Shown: positions 21,034 through 30,050 of the stretch, piece by piece
Layout of the letters: each line of letters opens with the position of its first letter
Position numbering within the stretch: the first letter of the stretch is position 1
Assembly (NCBI GenBank): GCA_900551295.1
Contig: URVJ01000007.1
Location: 20,560-84,559, forward strand
Direction: 5' to 3'
Origin: an uncultured Eubacteriales bacterium
GTDB lineage: Bacteria > Bacillota > Clostridia > Oscillospirales > CAG-382
Length of the DNA stretch: 64,000 nt
Translations under genes and position numbers: made by a program
The notes under the pieces: generated by a model
Seen by the model: only the letters and a program-made list of their open reading frames with translations
Databases searched by the model: none
What the model was told of the DNA's origin: nothing

Positions 21034-21071
21034 ACCGCGGTGATGAAAATTTCACTGCGGTTTGTTTTTTT
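21034..21071 (+). terminator. Intrinsic terminator (attenuator) in the aro operon leader
   Basis: ACCGCGGTGA-tgaaaatt-TCACTGCGGT (10 bp, one G-U) followed by TTGTTTTTTT, 45 nt upstream of the tyrA ATG. The 9-nt segment GGTCTTTCG (20970-20978, inside the leader ORF) is perfectly complementary to CGAAAGACC (21028-21036). That segment overlaps the 5' arm of the terminator. Confidence 0.7.
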
Positions 21072-21116
21072 GTTACAATATGATATGTGAAAATAAAAAT
21101 AAAGGGTGGTATAATT

Positions 21117-21962
21117 ATGACAGTGGGAATCGTGGGACTCGGACTTATAGGTGCGTCTCTTGCAAAGACAATAAAAAAGCATACGGACTTTGCGGTAATG
21201 GGATATGACATTTCCGAGGAAGTAATGGAATCGGCGCTAATCGACGGAACGATAGACGAGAGGCTTAATCTCGGCGGAGAGCATTGCGATATGATACTTG
21301 TCGCGCTGTATCCCGACGACGTCGTGGATTTCGTAAGCAAAAACGCAGATCTGTTTAACGATACGATAGTCATCGACTGCGGCGGCACAAAGAAAAAGGT
21401 CTGCGACAATCTTTTCCCGATTGCGCGCGAGCATGGATTTACCTTTATCGGCGGACATCCTATGGCAGGTATAGAAAAATCCGGATATGCCGCGTCAACC
21501 GACAGTATGTTCGACGGCGCGTTTATGATTCTCGTGCCCGACGAAGGCATTGATAAGATGAAACTTGACTACGTAAAGATGTTCTTTATCTCGATAGGCT
21601 TTCACAGAATAACGCTTACTACCGCAAAGGAACACGACGAGATAATAGCGTATACCTCTCAGCTTGCGCACGTCGTGTCAAGCGCATATGTAAAAAGCCC
21701 GACGTCGGTAAGAAACCTCGGATTTTCCGCAGGCAGCTTTAAGGATATGACAAGAGTTGCGTTCCTTAACGAACCTATGTGGACTGAGCTGTTTTTCCAG
21801 AATAAAGAATTTCTGTTAAATGAAGTTGATATTTTCATAGAGAATATGAAACAGTACCGTGAGGCTCTTGCAAACCTTGACAGAGATAAGATGATGTCGC
21901 TGCTTGCAGAGGGCAAGAAACAGAGAGTAGCCGCGTGGACTGCGGTTTCGCAAAAGAAATAA
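21117..21962 (+). CDS. tyrA: Prephenate dehydrogenase
   Basis: MTVGIVGLGLIGASLAK (Rossmann fold), GGHPMAG, HDEIIAYTSQLAHV. ATG at 21117 follows GGGTGG. Confidence 0.9.
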   Translation: MTVGIVGLGLIGASLAKTIKKHTDFAVMGYDISEEVMESALIDGTIDERLNLGGEHCDMILVALYPDDVVDFVSKNADLFNDTIVIDCGGTKKKVCDNLFPIAREHGFTFIGGHPMAGIEKSGYAASTDSMFDGAFMILVPDEGIDKMKLDYVKMFFISIGFHRITLTTAKEHDEIIAYTSQLAHVVSSAYVKSPTSVRNLGFSAGSFKDMTRVAFLNEPMWTELFFQNKEFLLNEVDIFIENMKQYREALANLDRDKMMSLLAEGKKQRVAAWTAVSQKK

Positions 21963-21988
21963 GAATAATTTTTACCCGGAGGCAAATC

Positions 21989-23245
21989 ATGACCGTAACG
22001 CTTGATCCAAAGACTATACTCGGAGGAACGCTGGATATAATTTCCTCAAAATCGGATATTCACCGCTGCATAATCTGTGCGGCATTTGCGGATAAGGAGA
22101 CAGAAATAGAATTCTGCGGACTTTCAAAGGATATACTCACAACCGTCGAATGCGTCGAAAAGCTCGGAGCAAAGGCAGAGTTCAACGATAAAAGAGTAAA
22201 GATATATCCTGCCGATGTCTCGGCAATACGTCAGGGACTTGTGCTCGATTGTCACGAGAGCGGAACTACCGCACGTTTTCTCTTGCCGATAGCGGCGCTT
22301 GTGTGCAGAAACTGTACCGTTACCGGAAGCGGAAGACTTCCCGAAAGACCGTTCAGCGCGCTTTGCAAGTCGCTTGAAGAACACGGAGCGCAGTTTTCGT
22401 CGGAAACTCTGCCCATAACCGTTAATAAGCCTAACGGCGGCAAAGGCACATATAAGATACCCGGAAATATCAGCTCTCAGTATGTAAGCGGACTGCTGCT
22501 CATGCTTGTTCTCGCAGGCGGCGGAAAGGTTGAGCTTACGACTCCGCTTGAGTCTGCCGGTTATGTAGATATGACGGTGTATACGCTAAAGCGTTTCGGC
22601 GTCGATGTAACTTGCGAAGACGGAAAATATACCGTGCCGGAAGGACAGAAGTTTGTTTCTCCCGGAAGAATAAAAGCGCAGGGCGACTGGTCAAGTGCGG
22701 CGTTCTGGCTGTGTGCCGACGCACTCGGTGCAAACGTGTCGCTTAAAGGACTTGACGTAAACTGCCCGCAGGGCGACAGAATAATACTTGATTATCTTGA
22801 AAAATTCGGTGCGGATAAGAAAATAAACGGCGATACGGTGTCTGTCGAGGCCGCGCGCTTAAAGGCAATAGAGATAGACGCAAAGAACTGTCCCGATCTT
22901 GTTCCCGTGCTTGCGGTTACGGCATGCGCCGCAAAAGGCACTACAATAATAAAAGGCGCTGCAAGACTGCGGCTTAAAGAAAGCGACAGAATAGAGTCTA
23001 CCGTAAAGATGCTGAGAAGTCTCGGAGCAGACGCAGACGCACTTCCCGACGGCATGACAATACGCGGAAAAGGATACCTTGACGGCGGCGAGGTTGACGG
23101 CTGCAACGATCATCGTATCGTAATGTCCGCTGCGGTCGCGTCGCTTATCTGCCGTTCCCAGGTGGTCATAGACGGTGCGAGAGCCGCCGAAAAATCCTAT
23201 TCGACGTTCTTTAACGATTTCGATAAGCTGACTTTGAAAAAATAA
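21989..23245 (+). CDS. aroA: 3-phosphoshikimate 1-carboxyvinyltransferase (EPSP synthase)
   Basis: SKSDIHRCIICAAFA, ESGTTARFLLP, LRLKESDRI, DHRIVMSAAVA. ATG at 21989 follows GGAGG. Confidence 0.95.
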   Translation: MTVTLDPKTILGGTLDIISSKSDIHRCIICAAFADKETEIEFCGLSKDILTTVECVEKLGAKAEFNDKRVKIYPADVSAIRQGLVLDCHESGTTARFLLPIAALVCRNCTVTGSGRLPERPFSALCKSLEEHGAQFSSETLPITVNKPNGGKGTYKIPGNISSQYVSGLLLMLVLAGGGKVELTTPLESAGYVDMTVYTLKRFGVDVTCEDGKYTVPEGQKFVSPGRIKAQGDWSSAAFWLCADALGANVSLKGLDVNCPQGDRIILDYLEKFGADKKINGDTVSVEAARLKAIEIDAKNCPDLVPVLAVTACAAKGTTIIKGAARLRLKESDRIESTVKMLRSLGADADALPDGMTIRGKGYLDGGEVDGCNDHRIVMSAAVASLICRSQVVIDGARAAEKSYSTFFNDFDKLTLKK

Positions 23246-23263
23246 TTTCGGAGAAAGAAAACT

Positions 23264-24337
23264 ATGAATACATTCGGCGAAAAAATCAGAGTTACCGTGT
23301 TCGGACAGTCCCATGCTCCGGCAATAGGCGTGACGGTTGACGGACTTCCGTGCGGAGTGAGCATAGACCAAGAAGAACTTTATAAATTCATGCTGCGGCG
23401 CGCACCCGGAACCTCAAATACGTCCACATCGCGTAAAGAGGCGGACAGACCCGTTATTGTTTCGGGACTTAACGATAAAGGACTTACCTGCGGCGCTCCG
23501 CTTACCGCGCTCATTTATAATTCCGACGCACATTCAAAGGACTATTCCGAACTGTTTATGCGTCCGCGTCCGTCGCACGCTGATTTTCCGGCATGGATAA
23601 GATACGGAGAAAACTACGATATACGCGGCGGAGGACAGTTTTCCGGCAGACTTACCGCACCGCTTTGCATTGCCGGAGGAATACTCATGCAGATACTCAA
23701 AGCAAAGGGAATACATATCGGTGCGCATATACTTTCGGTAAACGACGTAAGGGACTTCGGATTTGACATGGCAAATGTTTCGGCAAATGAGCTTGAAAAC
23801 ATAAAGTCAAAGAATTTTCCGACTATTGACGACGCTGCCGCAGAGAGTATGAAGGAAAAAATACTTTTTGCAAAGCAGAATCTCGATTCCGTCGGAGGTG
23901 TTGTGGAGTGTGCGGTCGTCGGACTTGAACCGGGACTCGGCGAGCCTGAGTTTTGCGGAATTGAGAACGCCGTTTCACAGGCGGCTTTTGCAATACCTGC
24001 GGTAAAGGGAATAGAATTCGGTTTAGGCTTTGAAAGTACGCTGCTTTACGGCTCGGAGAACAATGACGAATATGCTTTTGACGGGCAAAAAACTGTAACG
24101 CTTACAAATAATGCCGGCGGTATCTGCGGCGGAATGACAACGGGTATGCCGATAGTTTTCAGAACGGCGTTCAAACCTACACCGTCGATTGCAAAGGCGC
24201 AGAACAGCGTTGACCTTGCGTCGCATGAAAATATAAAGCTTGAAATAAAGGGCAGACACGATCCTTGCGTTGTCGTAAGAGCAGTGCCTTGCGTTGAGGC
24301 GGCTGCCGCAATAGCGATAAGTCAGTTTGTACTTTGA
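23264..24337 (+). CDS. aroC: Chorismate synthase
   Basis: FGEKIRVTVFGQSHAPAIGVTVDGLP, RPSHADF, GGGQFSGR, GRHDPCVV. Confidence 0.95.
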   Translation: MNTFGEKIRVTVFGQSHAPAIGVTVDGLPCGVSIDQEELYKFMLRRAPGTSNTSTSRKEADRPVIVSGLNDKGLTCGAPLTALIYNSDAHSKDYSELFMRPRPSHADFPAWIRYGENYDIRGGGQFSGRLTAPLCIAGGILMQILKAKGIHIGAHILSVNDVRDFGFDMANVSANELENIKSKNFPTIDDAAAESMKEKILFAKQNLDSVGGVVECAVVGLEPGLGEPEFCGIENAVSQAAFAIPAVKGIEFGLGFESTLLYGSENNDEYAFDGQKTVTLTNNAGGICGGMTTGMPIVFRTAFKPTPSIAKAQNSVDLASHENIKLEIKGRHDPCVVVRAVPCVEAAAAIAISQFVL

Positions 24338-24340
24338 TAT

Positions 24341-25504
24341 ATGGGAGAATTTAAAGACATGGAGCTTTCGGAACTCAGAAAACAGATAGACGCGATAGAT
24401 GATGAACTTGTATCGCTGTTCTTAAAAAGAATGGACGTATCGGGCGAGGTCGCAAAGGCGAAAATGCAGAGCAATACCGCCGTTATGGACAGCGGCAGGG
24501 AACGCGCAATAGTCTCGCGCCTTACAAAGGGACTCGACGACGATACCGCAAACTATGTGTCGGTGCTGTATTCGACGATATTTGAAATAAGCCGCGCAAA
24601 GCAGAGAAAAATGCTCTCTCACGACACAAAACTTGCCGATGAGATAAAGGAAGCAAAGCTTTCGACCGACGAGCTGTTTCCGTATGCCGCCGACGTTGCG
24701 GTTCAGGGCGTTGAGGGTGCATATTCCCAGCACGCCTGCGACAGACTTTTCGTAAGACCCGATATAACCTATACCGAAAACTTCAAGGACGTCTTTAAGC
24801 TTGTCGATTCCGAAAAGTGCAGATACGGCGTCGTTCCGATAGAAAACAGCCTTCACGGCTCTGTCGGCGAGGTATACGATCTGCTTAAAGAATATAAAGA
24901 TAAGATTCATATAGTGAGATGCGTGAGAATACCGATATATCATTCTCTGCTTGCCAAGAAAGGCGCTCAGCTTTCGGATATAAAAAAGGTGTATTCACAC
25001 AGCCAGGCGATAGGGCAGTGCAGCGAATTTCTCGCGTTGCACCCCGATATTGAGGTGAATGTCTGCAAGAATACTGCGGCAGCCGCAAAAATGGTAGCCG
25101 AAAGCGACAGAGGAGATATTGCCGCAATTTCGTCAGCCGACTGCGCAGAGCTTTACGGACTCGGAATACTCAAAACCGATATACAGAACAGCGATAATAA
25201 CCATACGCGCTTTATCTGCATATCAAAAAAATTAGAAATATATCCCGGTGCGTCAAAAATAGGCATAATGTTCACCGTAAAGCATAAAGCCGGCAGCCTT
25301 TTCAATATGCTTGCGCGCTTTGCGTGCCTCGGAGTAAACCTCACAAAGCTTGAGAGCCGCCCCATAAAGGGCAGGGATTTTGAATTCATGTTCTATGCCG
25401 AAATGGATATATACGGACTTTCGCCGGCACTTTTGTCATTCCTTTGCGAGCTTGACGACAGACCTGAAGAATTTGTATTCTTGGGCAATTATTCGGAAAT
25501 ATGA
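24341..25504 (+). CDS. pheA: Bifunctional chorismate mutase / prephenate dehydratase (P-protein) with ACT domain
   Basis: N-terminal CM_2 helix (LRKQIDAIDDELVSLFLKRMDVSGEVAKAK), a PDT domain (VAVQGVEGAYSQHA...IENSLHGSV) and the ACT motif TKLESRP. Confidence 0.9.
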   Translation: MGEFKDMELSELRKQIDAIDDELVSLFLKRMDVSGEVAKAKMQSNTAVMDSGRERAIVSRLTKGLDDDTANYVSVLYSTIFEISRAKQRKMLSHDTKLADEIKEAKLSTDELFPYAADVAVQGVEGAYSQHACDRLFVRPDITYTENFKDVFKLVDSEKCRYGVVPIENSLHGSVGEVYDLLKEYKDKIHIVRCVRIPIYHSLLAKKGAQLSDIKKVYSHSQAIGQCSEFLALHPDIEVNVCKNTAAAAKMVAESDRGDIAAISSADCAELYGLGILKTDIQNSDNNHTRFICISKKLEIYPGASKIGIMFTVKHKAGSLFNMLARFACLGVNLTKLESRPIKGRDFEFMFYAEMDIYGLSPALLSFLCELDDRPEEFVFLGNYSEI

Positions 25505-25531
25505 CGTTTTTTATATAAGGGGCGATTTGTT

Positions 25532-26797
25532 TTGATAACATACGGACTTTGCGGAAAAACACTTAAACACAGCTATTCAAAGCTGATACACGAAAAACTC
25601 GGAAACGGCGAATACAGACTTCTTAATCTCGAAAAAGACGAGTTTTACGAACTGCTCGAATCGCGTTCCTTTAAAGCCTGCAACGTGACTATTCCGTACA
25701 AAAAGGACGCATACAGCCTCTGCACCGTGCTTTCAAAAGAGGCGCAGAGCATAGGCAGCGTAAATACCGTCGTCAATAAAAACGGGGTGCTTTACGGATA
25801 TAATACCGACTATGCGGGCTTTGAATATATGCTGCGCCGTGCCGGAATTACGCTTGAGAATAAAAACGTCATAATACTCGGAACGGGCGGCACAAGCCTT
25901 ACGGCACAGGCAGTCGCAAAGGACGGTGCGGCAAAGAGCATAACTGTCGTTTCGAGAACGGGAAAAGTTAATTATAACAATGTGTACGATAAGACCGATA
26001 CCGAGGTAATAATCAATACGACTCCTGTCGGAATGTATCCGGATAACGGCAGATGCGCCGTCGATGTTTCAAAATTCCCGAAACTTTGCGCGGTGGTTGA
26101 CGTAATCTATAATCCGCTCAAAACAAAAATTCTTGCCGACGCGCAAAAACTCGGCATAAAGAATACCGGAGGACTGCCGATGCTCGTATATCAGGCAGTA
26201 AAGGCGCATGAACTTTTCTTTGACACAGAGGTTCCTGCCGATGTTCCCGAAAAGATACTCTCAGAATGTCTGTTTGAAACGGCAAATATCGTACTTGTCG
26301 GAATGCCCGGCTGCGGAAAGACAAGTATCGGCACGGAGATTGCCAAAAAGCTCGGACGCGTGTTCCTCGATACCGATAAGTTTGTTGAGCAAAGCGGTCT
26401 GACAATACCCGAAATATTTGAACGCTACGGCGAAAAAGATTTCAGAAACCGTGAGACCGAGGCTGTCAAAATGCTTACCGCACTTTCGGGAAAGGTAATA
26501 GCAACCGGCGGAGGCAGTGTGCTGGATAGTGAAAACGTCCGAATGATGCACCAGAATGGAATTGTAGTTTATATCAAGCGCCCTCTTGATAAGCTTGCGA
26601 CGGACGGCAGACCTTTAAGCGACGGCGGAATTGAAAAGCTGCAGAAACTGTTTGAGCAAAGGCGCGAGGTTTACCAAAATGTAAGCGATATCGAGGTCGA
26701 AACCGACGGAGATATACAAAAGTGCGCCGAGAATATAATTGACGGCGTAAAAAAGAATATCGCGGTTCTCTGTCCCGGGAACGCCGCGGAGGAGTAA
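25532..26797 (+). CDS. aroE/aroK: Fused shikimate dehydrogenase (N) / shikimate kinase (C)
   Basis: AroE motifs NVTIPYKKDA, NTDYAGF and GTGGTS, then the Walker A motif GMPGCGKTSIG and ...ATGGGSV of shikimate kinase. TTG start. Confidence 0.88.
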   Translation: MITYGLCGKTLKHSYSKLIHEKLGNGEYRLLNLEKDEFYELLESRSFKACNVTIPYKKDAYSLCTVLSKEAQSIGSVNTVVNKNGVLYGYNTDYAGFEYMLRRAGITLENKNVIILGTGGTSLTAQAVAKDGAAKSITVVSRTGKVNYNNVYDKTDTEVIINTTPVGMYPDNGRCAVDVSKFPKLCAVVDVIYNPLKTKILADAQKLGIKNTGGLPMLVYQAVKAHELFFDTEVPADVPEKILSECLFETANIVLVGMPGCGKTSIGTEIAKKLGRVFLDTDKFVEQSGLTIPEIFERYGEKDFRNRETEAVKMLTALSGKVIATGGGSVLDSENVRMMHQNGIVVYIKRPLDKLATDGRPLSDGGIEKLQKLFEQRREVYQNVSDIEVETDGDIQKCAENIIDGVKKNIAVLCPGNAAEE

Positions 26798-26802
26798 TTA
26801 AA

Positions 26803-27237
26803 ATGAAAATACTCGTAATAAACGGCCCGAACATAAATATGCTCGGCATAAGAGAAAAGAATATCTACGGCACAAAGAGCTATGCGGATCTCTGTGAAAT
26901 GCTTGAAAAGAAAGCAAAAGACGAAAACTTTGAAATCAAGCTTTTTCAGTCAAACCATGAGGGCGATATAGTCGATGAAATACAGAGCGCGTATCAAAAA
27001 TACGACGGTATAGTAATAAACCCTGCCGCGTACACCCATACAAGCGTCGCAATACTCGACGCGCTCAAAGCTGTGTCTGTTCCGGCAGTAGAGGTTCACA
27101 TCTCGGACGTTGATTCAAGAGAGGATTTCAGGCAGATCTCCTACGTTTCACACTACTGCTTTAAGACGATCAAAGGCGAAGGTTTTGACGGATATATTCA
27201 CGCGATAGACGAGATAGCAGCGTATATAAAAAAGTAA
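26803..27237 (+). CDS. aroQ: Type II 3-dehydroquinate dehydratase
   Basis: MKILVINGPNINMLGIREKNIYG, FQSNHEGDIVDEIQ, INPAAYTHTSVAILDA. Confidence 0.95.
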   Translation: MKILVINGPNINMLGIREKNIYGTKSYADLCEMLEKKAKDENFEIKLFQSNHEGDIVDEIQSAYQKYDGIVINPAAYTHTSVAILDALKAVSVPAVEVHISDVDSREDFRQISYVSHYCFKTIKGEGFDGYIHAIDEIAAYIKK

Positions 27238-27255
27238 ATAACATAAAAAATAAAA

Positions 27256-27296
27256 AAGCTAAGCGCGCGTTAAACGTACTTAGCTTGATTTTTTGC
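27256..27296. terminator. Bidirectional terminator between the convergent aroQ and 27327 genes
   Basis: AAGCTAAG...CTTAGCTT hairpin flanked by an A-run upstream and a T-run downstream. Confidence 0.6.
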
Positions 27297-27326
27297 CTTT
27301 CGCGGCACATTTTGCCGTGCTTGCTT

Positions 27327-29396
27327 TTACTTTTTGCCGTTTTCTTCGGGCGTCGGGAAGATTACGAGAAAGCTCGATTCTCCGAAACGTTCGCTGAGAT
27401 TTAAGAAACCTTTTTCGTCAGCAGTGCAGGGTTCTTCCGAGGTGTATAAACCGTCTGAAACAATGCGTGCCGTGTAGTTTTTGCCCTTTTCAAAGCCGCC
27501 GATCTTCAGTCTTACTGCGTCGGAACAGCTTGCCGTGACGATGACGTTTTCCGCACCGAATAAAAATCCGTATGAGTTGGTGCCGAAGCCAATGTTTTTT
27601 ATTCCGGCATATCCCGTGTATTCTCCGAGATTGGGATCTGCCGTGAGAACGCTGCCGTCGGTATCTGCGCCGAAAAGACCGTATACAGCCATGCTTGCCG
27701 CGGCTCCGCACTCGGCATATCCGTTTACCGAAAGCGTTTCGGGACTTGAGATAAGCAGCTTTCCGTCAGTATAGCAGGCGGCAAAGTCCGTAAAGCGGTT
27801 CAAAAAGCTCTTTTTGGAAATTTTCGCACGCGCGGCAAGGTCATAGTATTCCGTAACCAGCGACGCGCCGCCGTTCTGCCAGTATTTTCCGAAAGCCGCG
27901 GTCGAAGATAACGGGAAGTTGCCGTTTACATAGTCCCACCAGCTATCGCTTGCATTTATCGTGGTGGAACGCGGAGCAAATCCGAACGCATATATGTCTG
28001 CACCTGTCGAAGTGTCGCTTGAAACTTCGGTCTTGCCGTCAATCCACGAAAGAATTGCGTCCGACGTCTTTTTGTCGGCAATGCCGGAGCTTATTGCCTC
28101 AAGATTGAGGAAAGTAAAACCGAGATCGTGATAAGAACCCGACGCGTCCTTTGCGCCTGCGTATCTCGAAGAAGATTCTCTGAAGAATGTCTGATTTATT
28201 GCGGTTTTGTTCTTTTCCGCAACCGCAGAGTATTCGTCAGCCTTTTCGGGCTGTCCCATAAGCGTGTAAAGCTTTGCAAGGTCGTTCATTGCCTCGTTGA
28301 AAGCTATGTTGCAGTATGCGTCGAGATAACCGAAACGGTGATTGAACCAGTAGTTTGAGCCTGCGCCGTTGGACTCTCCGCTGTTGCTTTCGGTGAGAAT
28401 GTATACGAGTCCGTCAGCTTCGTTGAAGCGTATTCCGCCGCCGTTGAGGTCGTTCTTGTCAAAGTAGTAGTTTACGGCTTTCTCTAACTTTTCGAGAACC
28501 GTAAGACCGTTAGATACGTCGAGTTTCGGCACGCTTGTCGTGTCCTTTTCGTAAAGGAAAGACGTGTCTGCCTCCCAAAGCGTGATTTCGCACACGGCTG
28601 AGATAAATCTCGAATTTGTGTCGTAAAGATAAAATCCGTTCTTTTCGGACTTCATGGAGCTTTCCGACGACCATATGTAGCCGTTGGAGAATATCGGATA
28701 GTCGCGCAGTATCTGTTTAAGTTCGTTTATATAGGTTTTGTCGGAGTACCAGGCGTATCTCTTTGCCTGCCAGAGGAAAGTTGACGGATCCGAACTTGAT
28801 ACCGGGAGTGAGAGAGAGGGATTTTTTGACAGTGCAAAGTCGTTTATAAGACAGTCAGCCGCTGATAAAAGCGCGTTTTCGTCAGACGAGTAGATGATTT
28901 TTCCGCTGCTGCTGAATTCGTCATATGCCGTGAGTATGCTTTGATCGACAATGTTCGGATAAAGATCGGGTTTCTTTGTGATTTTCTTAAATGCCGAAAC
29001 AAGAACCGCGATAACCGCGATCACTACTGCCGCAAAGCCGAGTATTATTGCCCATCCGCGTACAAGTCGCTTTATCTTTTTGATTTTTGCGCGTTTAATG
29101 CGTTCTTTTCGTCTAAGTACCTCTGCGTGCTTTGCACGGCGTTCGCGTGCCAGCATTTCGTTCTGTCTGATAAGGTCGGTTTCGCCTGTCTGACCGAACT
29201 GCCGGCTGTTGCCGTTGGGACGTGAAAACTGCGTTCTTGCACGCGAAGTGTTTGGATTTGAGTTTTGAATTGTATTTATGTTAATGTCGCGGCGCATATT
29301 TTCGGGATTGCCGCCGTAGCCGCGCGGCATATCTGACGTATTTTGAGGGTTGTGACGCGGCTCGCCGTTTTTGCTGTAATTGCCGTCGTTCTGCAA
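27327..29396 (-). CDS. Hypothetical single-pass membrane protein: disordered basic N-terminus, TM, large extracytoplasmic domain of unknown function
   Basis: Long ORF with TM segment GWAIILGFAAVVIAVIAVLVSAF. A TTG at 29396 lies 9 nt after AAGGAGG, whereas the track start at 29420 overlaps that RBS. No motif was recognised with confidence; an (alpha/alpha)6-like glycosidase fold is only a guess. Confidence 0.6.
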   Translation of the reverse strand: MQNDGNYSKNGEPRHNPQNTSDMPRGYGGNPENMRRDININTIQNSNPNTSRARTQFSRPNGNSRQFGQTGETDLIRQNEMLARERRAKHAEVLRRKERIKRAKIKKIKRLVRGWAIILGFAAVVIAVIAVLVSAFKKITKKPDLYPNIVDQSILTAYDEFSSSGKIIYSSDENALLSAADCLINDFALSKNPSLSLPVSSSDPSTFLWQAKRYAWYSDKTYINELKQILRDYPIFSNGYIWSSESSMKSEKNGFYLYDTNSRFISAVCEITLWEADTSFLYEKDTTSVPKLDVSNGLTVLEKLEKAVNYYFDKNDLNGGGIRFNEADGLVYILTESNSGESNGAGSNYWFNHRFGYLDAYCNIAFNEAMNDLAKLYTLMGQPEKADEYSAVAEKNKTAINQTFFRESSSRYAGAKDASGSYHDLGFTFLNLEAISSGIADKKTSDAILSWIDGKTEVSSDTSTGADIYAFGFAPRSTTINASDSWWDYVNGNFPLSSTAAFGKYWQNGGASLVTEYYDLAARAKISKKSFLNRFTDFAACYTDGKLLISSPETLSVNGYAECGAAASMAVYGLFGADTDGSVLTADPNLGEYTGYAGIKNIGFGTNSYGFLFGAENVIVTASCSDAVRLKIGGFEKGKNYTARIVSDGLYTSEEPCTADEKGFLNLSERFGESSFLVIFPTPEENGKK

Positions 29397-29524
29397 GGTA
29401 ATTGTCCTCCTTGTTTTCAAACTTTACATTTATATTTTATCATAACGCATGAGAGTTTTCAACAGTATATTTAATTAATATATAAATTTTGCTCTTTTTC
29501 GGTTTCTTTTGTTGCTAATGCTCA

Positions 29525-29553
29525 TTGACGTAAAAGGATAAATGTGGTAGAAT
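29525..29553 (+). promoter_or_regulatory. Candidate sigma-70 promoter upstream of the cobalamin riboswitch
   Basis: TTGACG-N17-TAGAAT. Confidence 0.5.
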
Positions 29554-29589
29554 ATGTTTGAAAATCGAATATTTGCACAATGTGTCGGA

Positions 29590-29785
29590 TATGCTGCATA
29601 AAAGGCATACCCGGTGAAAAGGGAACACGGTGTGAATCCGTGACGATACCAGTCGCTGTGTGCATCCGAAAGGAAAAATTTCCGTCGGTGAAAGCCGGTC
29701 ATTGGGAAACTGAGAAGGCAGGAGATTTTTTCGGCGCAGTTTGTCTGCGATAGGGTGTAAAGTCAAAAGACCTGCATTGATGCTT
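29590..29785 (+). promoter_or_regulatory. Cobalamin (B12) riboswitch aptamer
   Basis: Conserved core GGTGAAAAGGGAACACGGTGTGAATCCGTG...CCAGTCGCTGT...GCCGGTCATTGGGAA...AAGGC...AGTCAAAAGACCTGC matches the RF00174 consensus blocks from memory, including the B12-box-like AGTCAnAAGACCTGC 3' element. Confidence 0.8.
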
Positions 29786-30050
29786 TTTCGCACGTACCGC
29801 AAGCCGTTCCGGTGTCCGGCAGGGCAGGGAACTTAAAAAACGCTTGCTTTACAGAAAAAGTATTATCGGCTTCTTGCAGATTTTTTTCAGTATTCTTCAA
29901 GGGCTTTGTTGTTGCGCCGATTTGCAAAAGTCACAGGAATAGCTGCTGTGGTAAGTTTTGTTTGCTTGCCGCGGCGGCTTTTTTGTATGCGGCAAATTTA
30001 AGTTTGCAGTCAAATGATTGAATATAAAAAGGAAAGGAATTTCAAAAATC

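Noticed and set aside
20875-21071. Possible T-box riboswitch in the aro operon leader
   Set aside because: ACCGCG occurs next to the terminator, but the GGGTGG(T/N)A part of the T-box sequence is absent. No stem I, GA-motif or specifier-loop features are visible. The middle of the leader is an AT-rich run that reads as Tyr/Phe codons. Leader-peptide attenuation fits better, but a covariance-model scan is still needed.
29786-30050. Expression platform (terminator or RBS sequestrator) of the cobalamin riboswitch
   Set aside because: I examined several candidate hairpins, such as TTGCCGC...GCGGCAA at about 29965-30000 and CACAG...CTGTG at about 29930-29950. None has a convincing stem plus U-tract or complementarity to the RBS. 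The platform is left unassigned.
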